Virus record (IMG/VR): IMGVR_UViG_3300030098_004824
Coordinates: 13,557-77,556 of that record
Source of the DNA: a virus
Reading direction: 5' to 3' (one strand)
DNA: 64,000 bases
In this document: in pieces, positions 29,301 through 38,881 of the stretch
How positions within the stretch are numbered: the first letter of the stretch is position 1
Layout of the letters: every line of letters begins with the position of its first letter
Notes under the pieces: generated by a model
What the model saw: only the letters and a program-made list of their open reading frames with translations
Told to the model about the DNA's origin: nothing
Databases searched by the model: none
Translations under genes and position numbers: made by a program

Positions 29301-31006
29301 TTACTAATGGAGTTGCTGTTGCTGCTACTGTAAGTAACGCTGGTGGTCGTGGATATGTTGTTGGTGATGTTGTTGGTATAACAACGATTGGAACTGGTGA
29401 TGGTGGTTCTAAGGGAACTCAAGTAGCAGGAGTAGGTCGAGATGCAAGATTTACTGTTCAAGGAATTGGTGCAACAAGTGAACTAATTTTCGAGAAAGTT
29501 CAAGGTGAATGGAGAACTAATTCAACATCCAATTCTATTTTCTTTACTACAAGTGCTGGTATAACAACTGAATTGAATTTTGGTACTACTACTGGTGGAG
29601 ATGGTGGTGATGTTCAAACAACTACTATAACTGAAGAAACTAATGGCACCCATATTCAGGTGAACCATAAGAATCATGGAATGTACTTTACAGATAACTT
29701 GGTTAAGATTTCTGGAGTTATGCCAGATGCCAAACCAACAAAATTAACTGCTGCATATGATTCTGGATCAACAGCAAGTATATCTGTCGCATCTGCTTCC
29801 ACATTTACAACATTTGAGGGTGTAGGTATTGGTACAACAAATACAGGTTATCTTCAGATTGGTGATGAAATCATTCGATATAATACTGTTAGTGGAAATA
29901 CTATTGGCGGTTCTTTACTTGAAAGAGGATCTAATCCAGTAAGTTATCCTGTTGGTACTCCAGTTTATAAGTATGAACTTGGTGGAATTAACTTGATGAG
30001 AATTAATAAAACTCATAATATATCAACCTCCACTTCTTCTTCTGATACTGGATCAATTACATTTGATTCATATAATATTAAATTAGATATGTCAGAGAAG
30101 TTCTATGCTAATAATGATGATAGAAGTTTAGATACTGGACTTGGAAAACTTTATATTAATCAATCAAAATCTTCTGGTGGATATGGTATTAAAGCAACAC
30201 AAAATATGCCTTATGAAATAGTTACTCCTATTATTCATAATTTAACTGTTGCAGGAACAACTCTTAATGCTGAAATGAGGACTATTACGAGTAAGAGTCT
30301 AAGTGGTACTGAACTACCATATATTGATAATGGTTTTGAAACAGTAGTTCCAAACCAATCAAATTATCTTAATACTACAAGAATGATTGCATCTAAAGTT
30401 AATGAAGATGCTAAATTAGGACAAATTCCTGGTAATAAGTCATTTAATATGAGACTCTTATTAAATACAGTAGATTCTCATGTATCTCCAGTTATTGATG
30501 GTCAAAGAACATCTATTATTTGCACATCAAATAGAGTAAATAGTATTATTACAGATTATGCAACTGATGAAAGAGTTGCTTCAATTGTTGAAGATCCTAC
30601 TGCATGTCAGTATATTACTAAAGAAATACAATTAGAAAATCCAGCAACTTCATTAAAACTTCTTGTAAGTGCTCATATTAATACAAATTCTGATATGAGA
30701 GCATTTTATGCAATTAGTAATAATGAGGGATTTGAACCAATATTTGTTCCATTCCCTGGATATGATAATTTAAATTCTAGAGGATTAGTAATTTCTGATG
30801 AAAAGAGTGATGGAAAACCAGATGCTTTTATTAAGAAAACAAATAGTTATGGATTTAGTTCTAAAAATCTTGAGTATAATGAATATACATTTACTGCAGA
30901 TAAGTTACCTGCATTTAGATCATATAGAATTAAATTTGTCTTGACTTCTACTAATCAAGTATTTGTTCCAAGAGTTAAAGAATTACGAGTAATTGCACTT
31001 GCTTGA
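23384..31006 (+). CDS. large virion structural protein (DUF4815/VrlC-like), 2540 aa
   Basis: N-terminal NLNVAPYFDDF...RVLFKPGYPVQARELT; RFKSGFFVDNF; DPLAQSF; GSLFKSQNASTW. Confidence 0.8.
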   Translation: MSQQTNLNVAPYFDDFDAAKDYHRVLFKPGYPVQARELTGLQSVLQNQIEKFGQHFFKEGAKVIPGNTGYTQRYKCVQVNNNYLGVPVEAYADQLVGTKITGERSGVTAFVDKILLPEDSERGNLTLYINYLNSSTTNNSTEVFFDGENLTSNSTITSGLLGNTTIAPGTPFATTLSTDASATGSAFQIQDGVYFIRGNFVNVNQETLILDQYGIKPNYRVGLYVDEEIINADIDENLNDNSQGFNNYSAPGADRLKISVRLFKKATNDFDDDSFVELATIINGQIKTQVKKGVGGGGVGKEDINDTLARRTYAESGDYYVRPFDLTVLDSLNNGIGNRGIFEEGQFTYGGATASDDLALYKFSPGKAFVRGYELEVDNPVFLDVKKPRTTKTVKDQSIIYNTGPTLKVNRSLRNPDVGIGNTYVLSLRDQRVGLSSDTTAVGSEIGVARVYDYRLESGSYSSNSSLNEWNLALYDVQTYTSITVNQAVTLTVPTFVKGANSGATGFIKTAVSSSASITLYETTGEFIKNEALIIDGIPDGRIITAITKYTLSDVKSVFGSNNRLTGGDKFNADVVQSESLFIGAARIGQQSSNSSTVTSANPLFPGDIKVGNLVQYSDLETSSDPVMGRVTAVTSSNITIAGVTTVPGIVNGKMPIASVGHTNGYNASDFAVVSTKLTGSSDNTLYTHLPNTSISNVDLTDATLTIRKTFTVDITNGQIDASTIPTAGTNETFLAFDEERYALIRSDGTTEPLDASWFSFGGGGSTCQIYGLGGNDTDATLIATLRKGKPKAKIKIKNRVNSITVNLSKYSGSGIGATTLNDGLTYGNYPFGTRVQDEIISLNVPDIIEIHGVFESENVSDPTAPAMNITSISNFTGTSSDLLVGEVIKGVKTGAIAIVAEKLTSTKITFLYKNDIRFKEGERITFAESNTTATISTLESDSFDISANFTYENGQEPTFYDYGRIKRKVSAEEPSKKLKIYFKSAYYDSTDTGDVTTVNSYEDFNPSTEIPGIGGFRATDIIDIRPRTSAYTVAADARSPLEFDGRTFNANGNSSANMLASDESIFAHYAYYQGRKDRVYLTKDGKFQVKYGDPSDSPNLPNPVDDALEIAQIALPPYLYSIDQASVKFMEHKRFRMVDIKGLENRIRSLEYYTSLSLLETNTANLFVSDAGGLNRFKSGFFVDNFSGFKPQDDKIKINNSIDRKYNELRPRHYTNAVDLVFGPVINVDPTADLAFSAIEGNNIRKASDIITLDYSEVEYIKQSFATTSESVTPFLISFWQGTLELTPATDTWIDTVRLDPKIIQTEGDYAATMKTLAETEGVDPQTGMGPTIWNPWETTWTGVSEIESLGNMQETTSDGPEWDVGGWPNGDPSTNPAQIFFTRTTTVTQDLYRETVREGVANRSGTRTIVTESYDKQSLGDKIVSRDLVPYMRSRNVEFVSERVKPLTRLYAFFDGVNVSKYCVPKLIEIEMVSGSFQVGETVKGVSLASGVGDVQIPGMSPQITFRAAQANHKKGTYNAPSKTFTDNPYNNKPLSSAYSSTSTILNVDTYSLGDQASGQYWGWVEEGMVLTGQTSGAEAKITSVKLVSDLSAVCIGSFFIPNPNNVNHPRFETGSKVFTLTDESTNDPDEASTLADESFTAAGTLETVQEEILSIRNARVEQKQEFQEKHVNESLGTQVVGTQVVSQSEEDIYVGWYDPLAQSFLVEEGTGVFVTKCDVFFKTKDDMDIPVVFQIRTMQNGLPTQHILPFSEIVVDPSDVNVSGDGSVATTIEFKAPIYLEGKGTEYAIALASNSTKYSVFISRIGETDLIQDTFISNQPYLGSLFKSQNASTWEPSQWEDLKFTLYRADFIGSGSVELYSPELKEGNGQIPTLMPDSLILKSRKIRVGLGTTLWGDQVGKGYENGNTFTQDGTNATGSLVGTAGTASAELAIANAGIGYTPLSGSAIFYDVDLVTLSGQGSGAKANVKVTNGVAVAATVSNAGGRGYVVGDVVGITTIGTGDGGSKGTQVAGVGRDARFTVQGIGATSELIFEKVQGEWRTNSTSNSIFFTTSAGITTELNFGTTTGGDGGDVQTTTITEETNGTHIQVNHKNHGMYFTDNLVKISGVMPDAKPTKLTAAYDSGSTASISVASASTFTTFEGVGIGTTNTGYLQIGDEIIRYNTVSGNTIGGSLLERGSNPVSYPVGTPVYKYELGGINLMRINKTHNISTSTSSSDTGSITFDSYNIKLDMSEKFYANNDDRSLDTGLGKLYINQSKSSGGYGIKATQNMPYEIVTPIIHNLTVAGTTLNAEMRTITSKSLSGTELPYIDNGFETVVPNQSNYLNTTRMIASKVNEDAKLGQIPGNKSFNMRLLLNTVDSHVSPVIDGQRTSIICTSNRVNSIITDYATDERVASIVEDPTACQYITKEIQLENPATSLKLLVSAHINTNSDMRAFYAISNNEGFEPIFVPFPGYDNLNSRGLVISDEKSDGKPDAFIKKTNSYGFSSKNLEYNEYTFTADKLPAFRSYRIKFVLTSTNQVFVPRVKELRVIALA

Positions 31007-31007
31007 T

Positions 31008-31226
31008 ATGTATAAACTTGAAGGACATTCTGATCTTGCAAGAGATCCTAAAACAAATTCAATAATTAATGTTAACTCAACTGACTATCAGCAATATATT
31101 GCTCGACGTTCAGTTAAGGATGATGAAATTGAAAAATCACAGAATGTTGAACAAGAACTTTCTGATTTAAAATGTGAAATTAATGAAATCAAATCTCTTC
31201 TCAAGGAGTTAGTAAATGGCAACTAA
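31008..31226 (+). CDS. small coiled-coil hypothetical protein
   Basis: ORF 30993..31226, ATG at 31008; LARDPKTNSIIN and a heptad C-terminus. Confidence 0.75.
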   Translation: MYKLEGHSDLARDPKTNSIINVNSTDYQQYIARRSVKDDEIEKSQNVEQELSDLKCEINEIKSLLKELVNGN

Positions 31227-31602
31227 AACAGTAACATTTGATCCTGATTCAGGAGTTCCTTTTGGAGTGAATCTGGTAGTTTATGGTGGTTCCAATGCGG
31301 TCAACAATTTGGAAGTAAAAACTACATCAGGTAGTAATTTTGATTTAACTGATTATACTGGTCATTCTGCTATTTCAAAAAGTGTTGGTGTTGGTGCAAG
31401 TAATTATCAAAATGCAATTTTTACCGTTGGATTTACCAGTGCATATGATGGAAAGATAAAATTATCTTTAGGTGCAACAGCAACAGCAGCATTAGATCAA
31501 GGTAGATATATGTTTGATGTTAATGTTGATTCTGGATCTACAGTATTCAAACTTGTTAGTGGGAATGTGTATGTCTATTCAGGCATATCTTCCATACCAT
31601 AA
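31216..31602 (+). CDS. putative virion structural protein
   Basis: ORF track; FDLTDYTG...GRYMFDV beta-sandwich-like pattern within the structural operon. Confidence 0.7.
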   Translation: MATKTVTFDPDSGVPFGVNLVVYGGSNAVNNLEVKTTSGSNFDLTDYTGHSAISKSVGVGASNYQNAIFTVGFTSAYDGKIKLSLGATATAALDQGRYMFDVNVDSGSTVFKLVSGNVYVYSGISSIP

Positions 31603-31605
31603 ATA
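31599..31605 (+). promoter_or_regulatory. late promoter
   Basis: ATAAATA upstream of gp13. Confidence 0.6.
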
Positions 31606-31627
31606 TTTTAGGGAGAATATATCTTAA

Positions 31628-32485
31628 ATGGCAAAACCAGCAAGTAGAACAGAATTAAAACAATATTGTTTAAGGCAGCTGGGTGCTCCTGTCTTAGAGA
31701 TCAACGTTGCCGATGAGCAAATTGATGATCTAATAGATGATGCTCTTCAATACTTTCAAGAGAGACATTTTGATGGTGTCGAAAAAATGTATTTGAAGCA
31801 TAAAATAACAGAAGATGAACTTAATAGAGGGCAAGCATCTAATGAAGCTGATAGTACTAATACTGTTGGTATAGTAACCACTACTGCTACTTCTACAAGT
31901 ATAAGTGGTTATGGAACTACCACTACTAATTGGTATGAAACTTCAAACTTTTTACAAGTTCCTGATTCTGTAATTGGTATAGAAAAAGTCTTTAAGTTTG
32001 ACAGTAGTACTATATCAACTGGAATGTTTAGCATTAAATATCAGCTCTTTTTGAACGACTTATATCAATTCAATTCACTTGATCTACTTCAGTATGCAAT
32101 GACAAAGACTTATCTGGAAGATATTGATCGTCTATTAACTACAGATAAACAAATAAGATTTAATCAAAGACAAGATAGATTATATTTAGATATTGATTGG
32201 GATGCAGAAGAAAAAGATAATTGGTTGGTTATTGAATGTTTTAGGATTTTGGATCCTAATACTTATACTGGTGTTTATAACGATTCATTCTTAAAGAGAT
32301 ATTTAACTGCTCTTATTAAAAGACAGTGGGGTCAAAACTTAATGAAATTTGTTGGAGTTAAATTGCCTGGTGGAATTGAATTAAACGGTAGACAAATGTA
32401 TGATGATGCTGTAATTGAACTTGATAAGATTCAAGAAATTATGTCTAATACTTATGAAGTTCCTCCTCTTGATATGATAGGATAA
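31628..32485 (+). CDS. gp13: neck protein
   Basis: YCLRQLGAPVLEINV, KRQWGQNL, LPGGIELNG. Confidence 0.93.
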   Translation: MAKPASRTELKQYCLRQLGAPVLEINVADEQIDDLIDDALQYFQERHFDGVEKMYLKHKITEDELNRGQASNEADSTNTVGIVTTTATSTSISGYGTTTTNWYETSNFLQVPDSVIGIEKVFKFDSSTISTGMFSIKYQLFLNDLYQFNSLDLLQYAMTKTYLEDIDRLLTTDKQIRFNQRQDRLYLDIDWDAEEKDNWLVIECFRILDPNTYTGVYNDSFLKRYLTALIKRQWGQNLMKFVGVKLPGGIELNGRQMYDDAVIELDKIQEIMSNTYEVPPLDMIG

Positions 32486-32489
32486 TGTT

Positions 32490-35060
32490 ATGGTACTTAA
32501 TCCTTATTTCACCCAAGGCACTAATTCAGAACAGAATTTAGTTCAGGATTTAATCAACGAACAATTAAGAACATATGGTATAGAAATATATTATATACCA
32601 AGAAAGTATGTTGGTGAAAAAACTGTTATAAGAGAAGTTGTTAAATCTAAATTTGATGTAGCTGTTCCACTCGAAGCATATGTGGACAACTATGATGAGT
32701 ATTCTGGTGCTGGTAATTTATTAAGTAAGTTTGGAATCCAATCTCAAGATGAGGTTAGATTAGTTATTTCAAGAGAAAGATTTGAAAATTATATAACACC
32801 CCTAATAGAAGATCAGGCAAATATTAAACTCTCTACAAGACCCAAGACTGGAGACTTGATATGGTTTCCACTTGATGATCGTCTTTATGAAATAAAAGAT
32901 ATTGAGTATGCAAAACCATATTATCAGTTACAAGATTTATATACATATGAACTTCAATGTGAACTTTACAGACTTGGTGATGAGGTTATTGATACTGGTA
33001 TTGATGATATTGATGATAACTTAGTTGGTGATGATTTAGATGGAGATACTGATGATGGTATTGGAACCATTCAGGGTGTTGTTCAGACATTTATTGTTGT
33101 TGGTACTGGAGCAACAGCATCTGCTATTACAGGATTAGTTGATGGTGGTATTAAAGCCATTACTATGGGTGATAGAGGTGGTGGATATGATGGAAATCCA
33201 ACAGTTGCTATTAGTTCTGCACCTTCTGGTGGGGTAACGGGTATTGCTACTCCTATAATGATTGGTGGTATTAACGTATGTAATTTAAATGCTAATCCAC
33301 GATTAAAATCTGTTCAAGCAGCATATATTTCAAATGCAGGTTCTGGATATACTGTTGCACCGAAAATTAAGTTTATATCAAATACAGGCACAGGTGCAAC
33401 AGCAACCGTAGGAATATCTACAACAGGTGGTGTTGGTATTGTGACTGTTTCTTCTGGTGGTAATGGATATACTTCATCACCAACAGTAACATTCTCAACT
33501 CCGAAACATGTAGGTGCTGCTGCTACTGCAACAATAGAAAATCCAGTTGTTGGGGGTGGTGTTAGTGTTGTATCTGCAACTATAAGTGTTGGTTTATCGA
33601 CATATCTATTCCCAGGAGGCACTACAGGTGGTGTATTCTATAAGGTAGTACCAACAGTAACCTTTGCATTACCTACAGGTACCGCAAATGCTGCTACAGC
33701 AACGGCAACGCTTGATGATAGAGCAGTAACAGGTGGAACAGTATTAAGTGTCGGAATTACATCTGGTGGTAAATTCTACACAAGTGCTCCAACAGTAACA
33801 TTTTCTGCTCCTGTTAATTCAGGTGCAACTGCGACTATTGGAATTGCTGGATCTTCAATTAATCCATCATCAATAGCATTTAGTACAACAGGTAGAGCAT
33901 ATACGACTGCTCCAACAGTTGCTATAACAACAACATCTGGTCAAGATGCACCAACACAAGCTGCTGTAGGTATTGCAACTATTGACTCAATAACGGGTAT
34001 TGTAACAGCAGTTGGATTTAATACGCAGACCGATTCTTGGGCTACTGGTACTGCAGCAACTATTGGTTTAGGATATACTGCTGCACCTACAATCACATTC
34101 TCTGGTGCTACTGCACAAGTAAGAGCAACTGGAACTGCAACAATTTCTGCTGCTGGTACAGTTACAGCAATTTCTATAGGAAATAGTGGATATGGTTATC
34201 TTGATACACCAACAATTAGTATAGAATCTGCTGGAGGTGCTGATGAAGCATTTAGGGCATTAGGTGTTGCAACAATGAGGGTCACTTCTGAGAAGCAAGA
34301 TGGTATTGTAGGAGTTGGATCCACTTACATTGTTGGAATAACTACAACAAATATTATAGTTGGAGATAGAGTAAGATTATCTACAGGTAGTAGTGATACA
34401 TGGAACTTTATTCCAGCAGATACTTACGTATCACAAATTGGATATAGCACTGTATACATGTCTGCTGCTGCATCTAATGTTAGTGTTGCTTCTTCTAACT
34501 TCGAATTTGGTCGTCCTGATTGTGGTATTGTTACTGGTATTGCAGTTACATTTGGAGGAGGTGGATACTTATCACCACCAACAGTATCAATATCAAATAC
34601 AGAAGGTGATAAGAATTATGTTGAACTTATTGCTGGTATAACTACTGCTACAGGTATATCAACAATGAGTTCTGGTGGTGTAGTTACAAATATTGATATG
34701 ACTGATACTGGTTATGGATATGTTCTAACACCAACAGTTACTTTATCTGATCCAGATCTTGATTCAACAGGAGATTATAAGTTTAATGAGCAAGTCACAG
34801 GACAAACTTCTGGTGCAACAGGAAGAGTTAGAACTTGGAGTTCATCGTCAAATCAATTAGAAATTGCAAGTGTTGTAGGAACATTCTTAATTGGAGAAGA
34901 TGTTAAAGGTGATGAATCAGGTGCTATTCATGCATTAAGAACAAAAGATGATATGCCTGATGCTGAAGATGCTGAAGGATTTGCTGCAAATAAAGAGATT
35001 GAGGATGCTGCTGATAGTATTTTAGACTTCAGTGAACAGAATCCATTCGGTATTCCCTAA
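32490..35060 (+). CDS. gp14: neck protein with large repeat insertion
   Basis: EQNLVQDLINE, LSKFGIQ, PKTGDLIWFP and terminal DFSEQNPFG. Confidence 0.88.
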   Translation: MVLNPYFTQGTNSEQNLVQDLINEQLRTYGIEIYYIPRKYVGEKTVIREVVKSKFDVAVPLEAYVDNYDEYSGAGNLLSKFGIQSQDEVRLVISRERFENYITPLIEDQANIKLSTRPKTGDLIWFPLDDRLYEIKDIEYAKPYYQLQDLYTYELQCELYRLGDEVIDTGIDDIDDNLVGDDLDGDTDDGIGTIQGVVQTFIVVGTGATASAITGLVDGGIKAITMGDRGGGYDGNPTVAISSAPSGGVTGIATPIMIGGINVCNLNANPRLKSVQAAYISNAGSGYTVAPKIKFISNTGTGATATVGISTTGGVGIVTVSSGGNGYTSSPTVTFSTPKHVGAAATATIENPVVGGGVSVVSATISVGLSTYLFPGGTTGGVFYKVVPTVTFALPTGTANAATATATLDDRAVTGGTVLSVGITSGGKFYTSAPTVTFSAPVNSGATATIGIAGSSINPSSIAFSTTGRAYTTAPTVAITTTSGQDAPTQAAVGIATIDSITGIVTAVGFNTQTDSWATGTAATIGLGYTAAPTITFSGATAQVRATGTATISAAGTVTAISIGNSGYGYLDTPTISIESAGGADEAFRALGVATMRVTSEKQDGIVGVGSTYIVGITTTNIIVGDRVRLSTGSSDTWNFIPADTYVSQIGYSTVYMSAAASNVSVASSNFEFGRPDCGIVTGIAVTFGGGGYLSPPTVSISNTEGDKNYVELIAGITTATGISTMSSGGVVTNIDMTDTGYGYVLTPTVTLSDPDLDSTGDYKFNEQVTGQTSGATGRVRTWSSSSNQLEIASVVGTFLIGEDVKGDESGAIHALRTKDDMPDAEDAEGFAANKEIEDAADSILDFSEQNPFGIP

Positions 35061-35063
35061 ATA
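35057..35063 (+). promoter_or_regulatory. late promoter
   Basis: CTAAATA upstream of gp15. Confidence 0.55.
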
Positions 35064-35085
35064 GTAGTTAACCTTATAAAATAAA

Positions 35086-36114
35086 ATGTTTGAGTATTTT
35101 TACAACGAGATCTTTAGGAGAACAATTATCTCCTTCGGAACTTTGTTTAATAACATTACTATTAAGCAGGATGGTGGATCTGTGAAGGTTCCATTAGCAT
35201 ATGGACCTACTCAAAAGTTTTTAGCAAGAATTGAACAATCGCCAGATTTAAATAAACCATTTGCCATTACTTTACCAAGAATGTCATTTGAGTTTACTGG
35301 TCTTACATACGATTCATCAAGAAAAGTTACTACTACTCAACAATTTTCAGTAAAGGATCCAAATACAGAATCTGATACTAAAAAAGCATATATGCCTGTT
35401 CCATATAATATGCAATTTGAACTTGCTATTATGTGTAAATTAAATGATGATGCACTTCAGATTGTAGAGCAAATACTACCATATTTTCAACCGTCATATA
35501 ATCTAACAGTAAATTTAGTTTCAGCATTAAACGAAAAAAGAGATATACCTGTTGTACTTGAAAATGTTACAATGCAAGATGATTATGAAGGAGATTATGA
35601 AACTAGAAGAGTTCTTCTTTATACAATGAGATTTACTGCAAAGACTTACCTATTCGGTCCTACTGCAGATGCTACCAAAGATATTATCAAGAAGTCTACT
35701 ATCAATTATCTTACTGGCACAGATACTTCAAACACAAGAAGAGAACTTTCTTACTCTGTTAAACCTAAAGCACTTAAGGATTATACAGACGATACTGTTA
35801 CGGTAGTATCTGAAGATATAACTGCAGCTGCTAAGACAATAGCAGTTGAGGATGCAAGTAGTATTGCAGCAAAAGCATATATTGATATTGATGGTGAAAG
35901 GATATACGTTAGGTCTAAATCAGGTAATACATTAAATGTTACCAGAGGAAAGGATGGAGCAATTCCTACTGATCATGTATTGGGAGCAGCAGTTAAGGGT
36001 ATTGACTTTACAACTACAACTACCAGTATTGGTACCATAGGTGTAGATAGTGCATTAGTTGCTGATGGAGATGACTTTGGATTTGATGGATTAATTACTG
36101 ATACTACATCATGA
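35086..36114 (+). CDS. gp15: tail sheath stabilizer/completion protein
   Basis: FGTLFNNI, VPLAYGPTQKF, LPRMSFE, QIVEQILPYFQP. Confidence 0.93.
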   Translation: MFEYFYNEIFRRTIISFGTLFNNITIKQDGGSVKVPLAYGPTQKFLARIEQSPDLNKPFAITLPRMSFEFTGLTYDSSRKVTTTQQFSVKDPNTESDTKKAYMPVPYNMQFELAIMCKLNDDALQIVEQILPYFQPSYNLTVNLVSALNEKRDIPVVLENVTMQDDYEGDYETRRVLLYTMRFTAKTYLFGPTADATKDIIKKSTINYLTGTDTSNTRRELSYSVKPKALKDYTDDTVTVVSEDITAAAKTIAVEDASSIAAKAYIDIDGERIYVRSKSGNTLNVTRGKDGAIPTDHVLGAAVKGIDFTTTTTSIGTIGVDSALVADGDDFGFDGLITDTTS

Positions 36115-36542
36115 CAACAACTAAAAATTTAGATGAAACTTTTAACATTGCACCTACTGAAATAGTAGAAGCAGATGAAGTTAAACCCCCTGTTGGTATA
36201 CAAAAACCAGATAGGTTAACTAAGAATGATATTGAAAAAGATTATGAATATACTCGTGGTAATCTTTACAGTATTATAGAAAAGGGTCAGGAAGCAATAA
36301 ATGGTATTCTTGAGGTTGCTCAAGATAGTGATATGCCAAGAGCATATGAAGTTGCTGGTCAGTTAATCAAGAGTGTATCTGATGCAACTGATAAGTTGAT
36401 GGATCTTCAAAAGAAATTGAAAGACGTGGAAGAAGAGAAACAATCTAAAGGACCATCTACAGTTAATAATGCACTGTTTGTTGGATCAACTGCAGAGTTG
36501 CAAAAACTATTAAAGAACGGACTACCAAAAGATTCTAAATAA
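36111..36542 (+). CDS. gp16: terminase small subunit
   Basis: DYEYTRGNL, PRAYEVAGQLIK, FVGSTAELQK. Confidence 0.92.
   Translation: MTTTKNLDETFNIAPTEIVEADEVKPPVGIQKPDRLTKNDIEKDYEYTRGNLYSIIEKGQEAINGILEVAQDSDMPRAYEVAGQLIKSVSDATDKLMDLQKKLKDVEEEKQSKGPSTVNNALFVGSTAELQKLLKNGLPKDSK
36535..36541 (+). promoter_or_regulatory. late promoter
   Basis: CTAAATA upstream of 36584. Confidence 0.5.
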
Positions 36543-36583
36543 TAGAAGGAGAGAAATCCTAAAGTACATACGTTACTAATACA

Positions 36584-38605
36584 ATGTCGGATACGTTACC
36601 GTCGATAAATGATTTACTTGAGAGTAAATTGCCATCAGTCGATGATTTTATAAAAGAAGAAGAATTACCCTCAGTAGACGACTTTATTGAGAAGGAAGAA
36701 GATGAAGAGGAAATAGAAGATACTACACCGTGTTCTGTAGAAGAAGAAGCACAAGATTTAACGGAGATAGTACGTCTGATAAATGACGTAAGAAAAGATA
36801 TTCCAGATATTCCAGAAATAAAATATTATGATAATGAATTAGAAAAACTATCTGAACAGGTAGTACAAGTTAGAGATAGTATTCCAGAGATACCAGAAAT
36901 AAAATATTATGATGAAGAGATTGCTTCTTTAAGAGAAGAGATAGATCGTAATGCTGCTGATATTCCAGAAATAAAATATTATGATGAACAGGTAAATGAC
37001 CTTGAGGAAAAGATTAAGGTCATTAAGGAAGATATTGTAAACCTTCCTGAACCAAAGTATTATGAGTCAGATTTAGAATCTCTTAAAGAAGACATTCTTG
37101 CAGTAAAAGAATCTGTACCCGTATTTCCAAAATGGGTTAATGAGGTTAATGAAGTTCCAGATTTTTCTTGGATAGGAAAAACTTTTGGTGTTATTGATTC
37201 TGACTTTGTAAAAGTAAATGATAATCTTGATTCTATTAGAGGTAGAATAGATCAGGAAATTCAGGAGATTTCAGAAAATTTTGATCTTAAGGATTTTGAG
37301 AATAAAGTTGAATTTGAAAAAGCAAGTAACAATTTAAAAGAAACTAAAGGAAAAATATATGAAGAATTAAGAGAAACTGCTCTTAGAATTTGGGATCATC
37401 ATAAAGAATTTAAAGATGATGATAGAAAATTAAAGAAACAAATACTTAGTCACTATAATGTTTTAAAACAGAAAGTAGATGAAGAAGTAAAAGAATTTAA
37501 CAGAAAAACTGTTGAAAGTAAGGATTTGTTTAAAGGGTATTTTGATGGTTTATCAGAAGAGATTGAGAACTTACCTAAACCAAAATATTATGATGATACT
37601 ATTAATAGTTTAAAAAGAGATGTTAATCGAAATATTTCTAAATTGAATCATCAGTATGAAAATACTACTTTAGATGTAAGTGAATTATATAAACTTGTTG
37701 AAGAATTAAAAGAGAAGCAACATGAATTAAAAGATCTTTATGAGGAAGGATTACTTGATGATCCAAAGGATACTAATAATGAAGATCCTCTTACACCAAT
37801 AGATCAGAATTTTGTTACTCTTGATCAGTTACAGCAACATTATAAGTTATTTGTAGAAAGAGTACAGTATCAGTTAGGATCCATCGGTGGTGGTGGTGCA
37901 GGATTCATAAAGGATCTTGACGATGTAACTCATGATGGTACCAATAATGAATTATTAATTTATAATTCATCTACTTCTAAATGGGTTGGTATAGCAAGTA
38001 CTGCTCTTTCAAGCACTAGTACTATTGCAGGTATTAGCACTACAGGAACATCTGTATTCAAAAATTTACAAATCAGTGGTGTTAGTACATATACAGATAC
38101 TACTAATTCAACTTCAGTATCAACTGGATCATTAGTTATTAATGGTGGAGTTGGTGTTGCATTAAGTATGCACGTTGGTGGAAGTTTATCTGTAGGTGGT
38201 ACAATAACATATGAGGATGTAACTAATATAGATTCTGTTGGTATTGTTACTGCTGGTGGTGGATTACAACTTGGAAGAGGTCCATCAGTTGCTGCTATAC
38301 AATCAGCAGCATCTACAAAAACTTCTACATCAGAAGCTGCTGCAGATACATTTACAGCAGCTACATATAGATCCGCACAGTATCAAATTCAAGTAACAAG
38401 AGGATCTCAATATCATGTGACGACCATGAATGTTTTACACGATGGGACTAATGTATTCATGAGTGAATTTGGAACTATTAAGACTGGAGTAACTCTTGCA
38501 ACGTTTGACGCTGACATTAATAGTGGTAATGTAAGACTATTAGTGACTCCTACTTCAAGTGATTCAACTGTATTTAAAATAGTAAAATCACTTACTCTAA
38601 CATAG
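36584..38605 (+). CDS. repeat-rich coiled-coil / fibre-like protein
   Basis: LPSVDDF and IPEIKYYD repeats, long acidic coiled coil, GGGGAG linker, beta-rich C-terminus. Confidence 0.65.
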   Translation: MSDTLPSINDLLESKLPSVDDFIKEEELPSVDDFIEKEEDEEEIEDTTPCSVEEEAQDLTEIVRLINDVRKDIPDIPEIKYYDNELEKLSEQVVQVRDSIPEIPEIKYYDEEIASLREEIDRNAADIPEIKYYDEQVNDLEEKIKVIKEDIVNLPEPKYYESDLESLKEDILAVKESVPVFPKWVNEVNEVPDFSWIGKTFGVIDSDFVKVNDNLDSIRGRIDQEIQEISENFDLKDFENKVEFEKASNNLKETKGKIYEELRETALRIWDHHKEFKDDDRKLKKQILSHYNVLKQKVDEEVKEFNRKTVESKDLFKGYFDGLSEEIENLPKPKYYDDTINSLKRDVNRNISKLNHQYENTTLDVSELYKLVEELKEKQHELKDLYEEGLLDDPKDTNNEDPLTPIDQNFVTLDQLQQHYKLFVERVQYQLGSIGGGGAGFIKDLDDVTHDGTNNELLIYNSSTSKWVGIASTALSSTSTIAGISTTGTSVFKNLQISGVSTYTDTTNSTSVSTGSLVINGGVGVALSMHVGGSLSVGGTITYEDVTNIDSVGIVTAGGGLQLGRGPSVAAIQSAASTKTSTSEAAADTFTAATYRSAQYQIQVTRGSQYHVTTMNVLHDGTNVFMSEFGTIKTGVTLATFDADINSGNVRLLVTPTSSDSTVFKIVKSLTLT

Positions 38606-38610
38606 AAAAA

Positions 38611-38618
38611 TATAAATA
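38611..38618 (+). promoter_or_regulatory. late promoter
   Basis: Perfect TATAAATA. Confidence 0.7.
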
Positions 38619-38623
38619 TCTAT

Positions 38624-38881
38624 ATGATGTGTAACGAAATGCAAACATTAAACGAAGCAACACGTTTACCCAACTATAATAAAGTCGGTAATATTATCGA
38701 CGTGTACTTGGCTTGGCGAGGAAAAAACTATATGATAAAAATGTTTTTCCCGTCGGTTAAAGTACCTTCACGCAGAGAAGTCCTGGATCAAGTGAGAAAA
38801 GTGTATCCTGGATCTAAACTCTGGAACTACGAGATTTCCAACTATGAACCAGGAGCACCACTCCTCCAAGTCGGAGGATAA
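38624..38881 (+). CDS. hypothetical late protein
   Basis: ORF track; the start may be MQTLNEA at 38639. Confidence 0.7.
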   Translation: MMCNEMQTLNEATRLPNYNKVGNIIDVYLAWRGKNYMIKMFFPSVKVPSRREVLDQVRKVYPGSKLWNYEISNYEPGAPLLQVGG

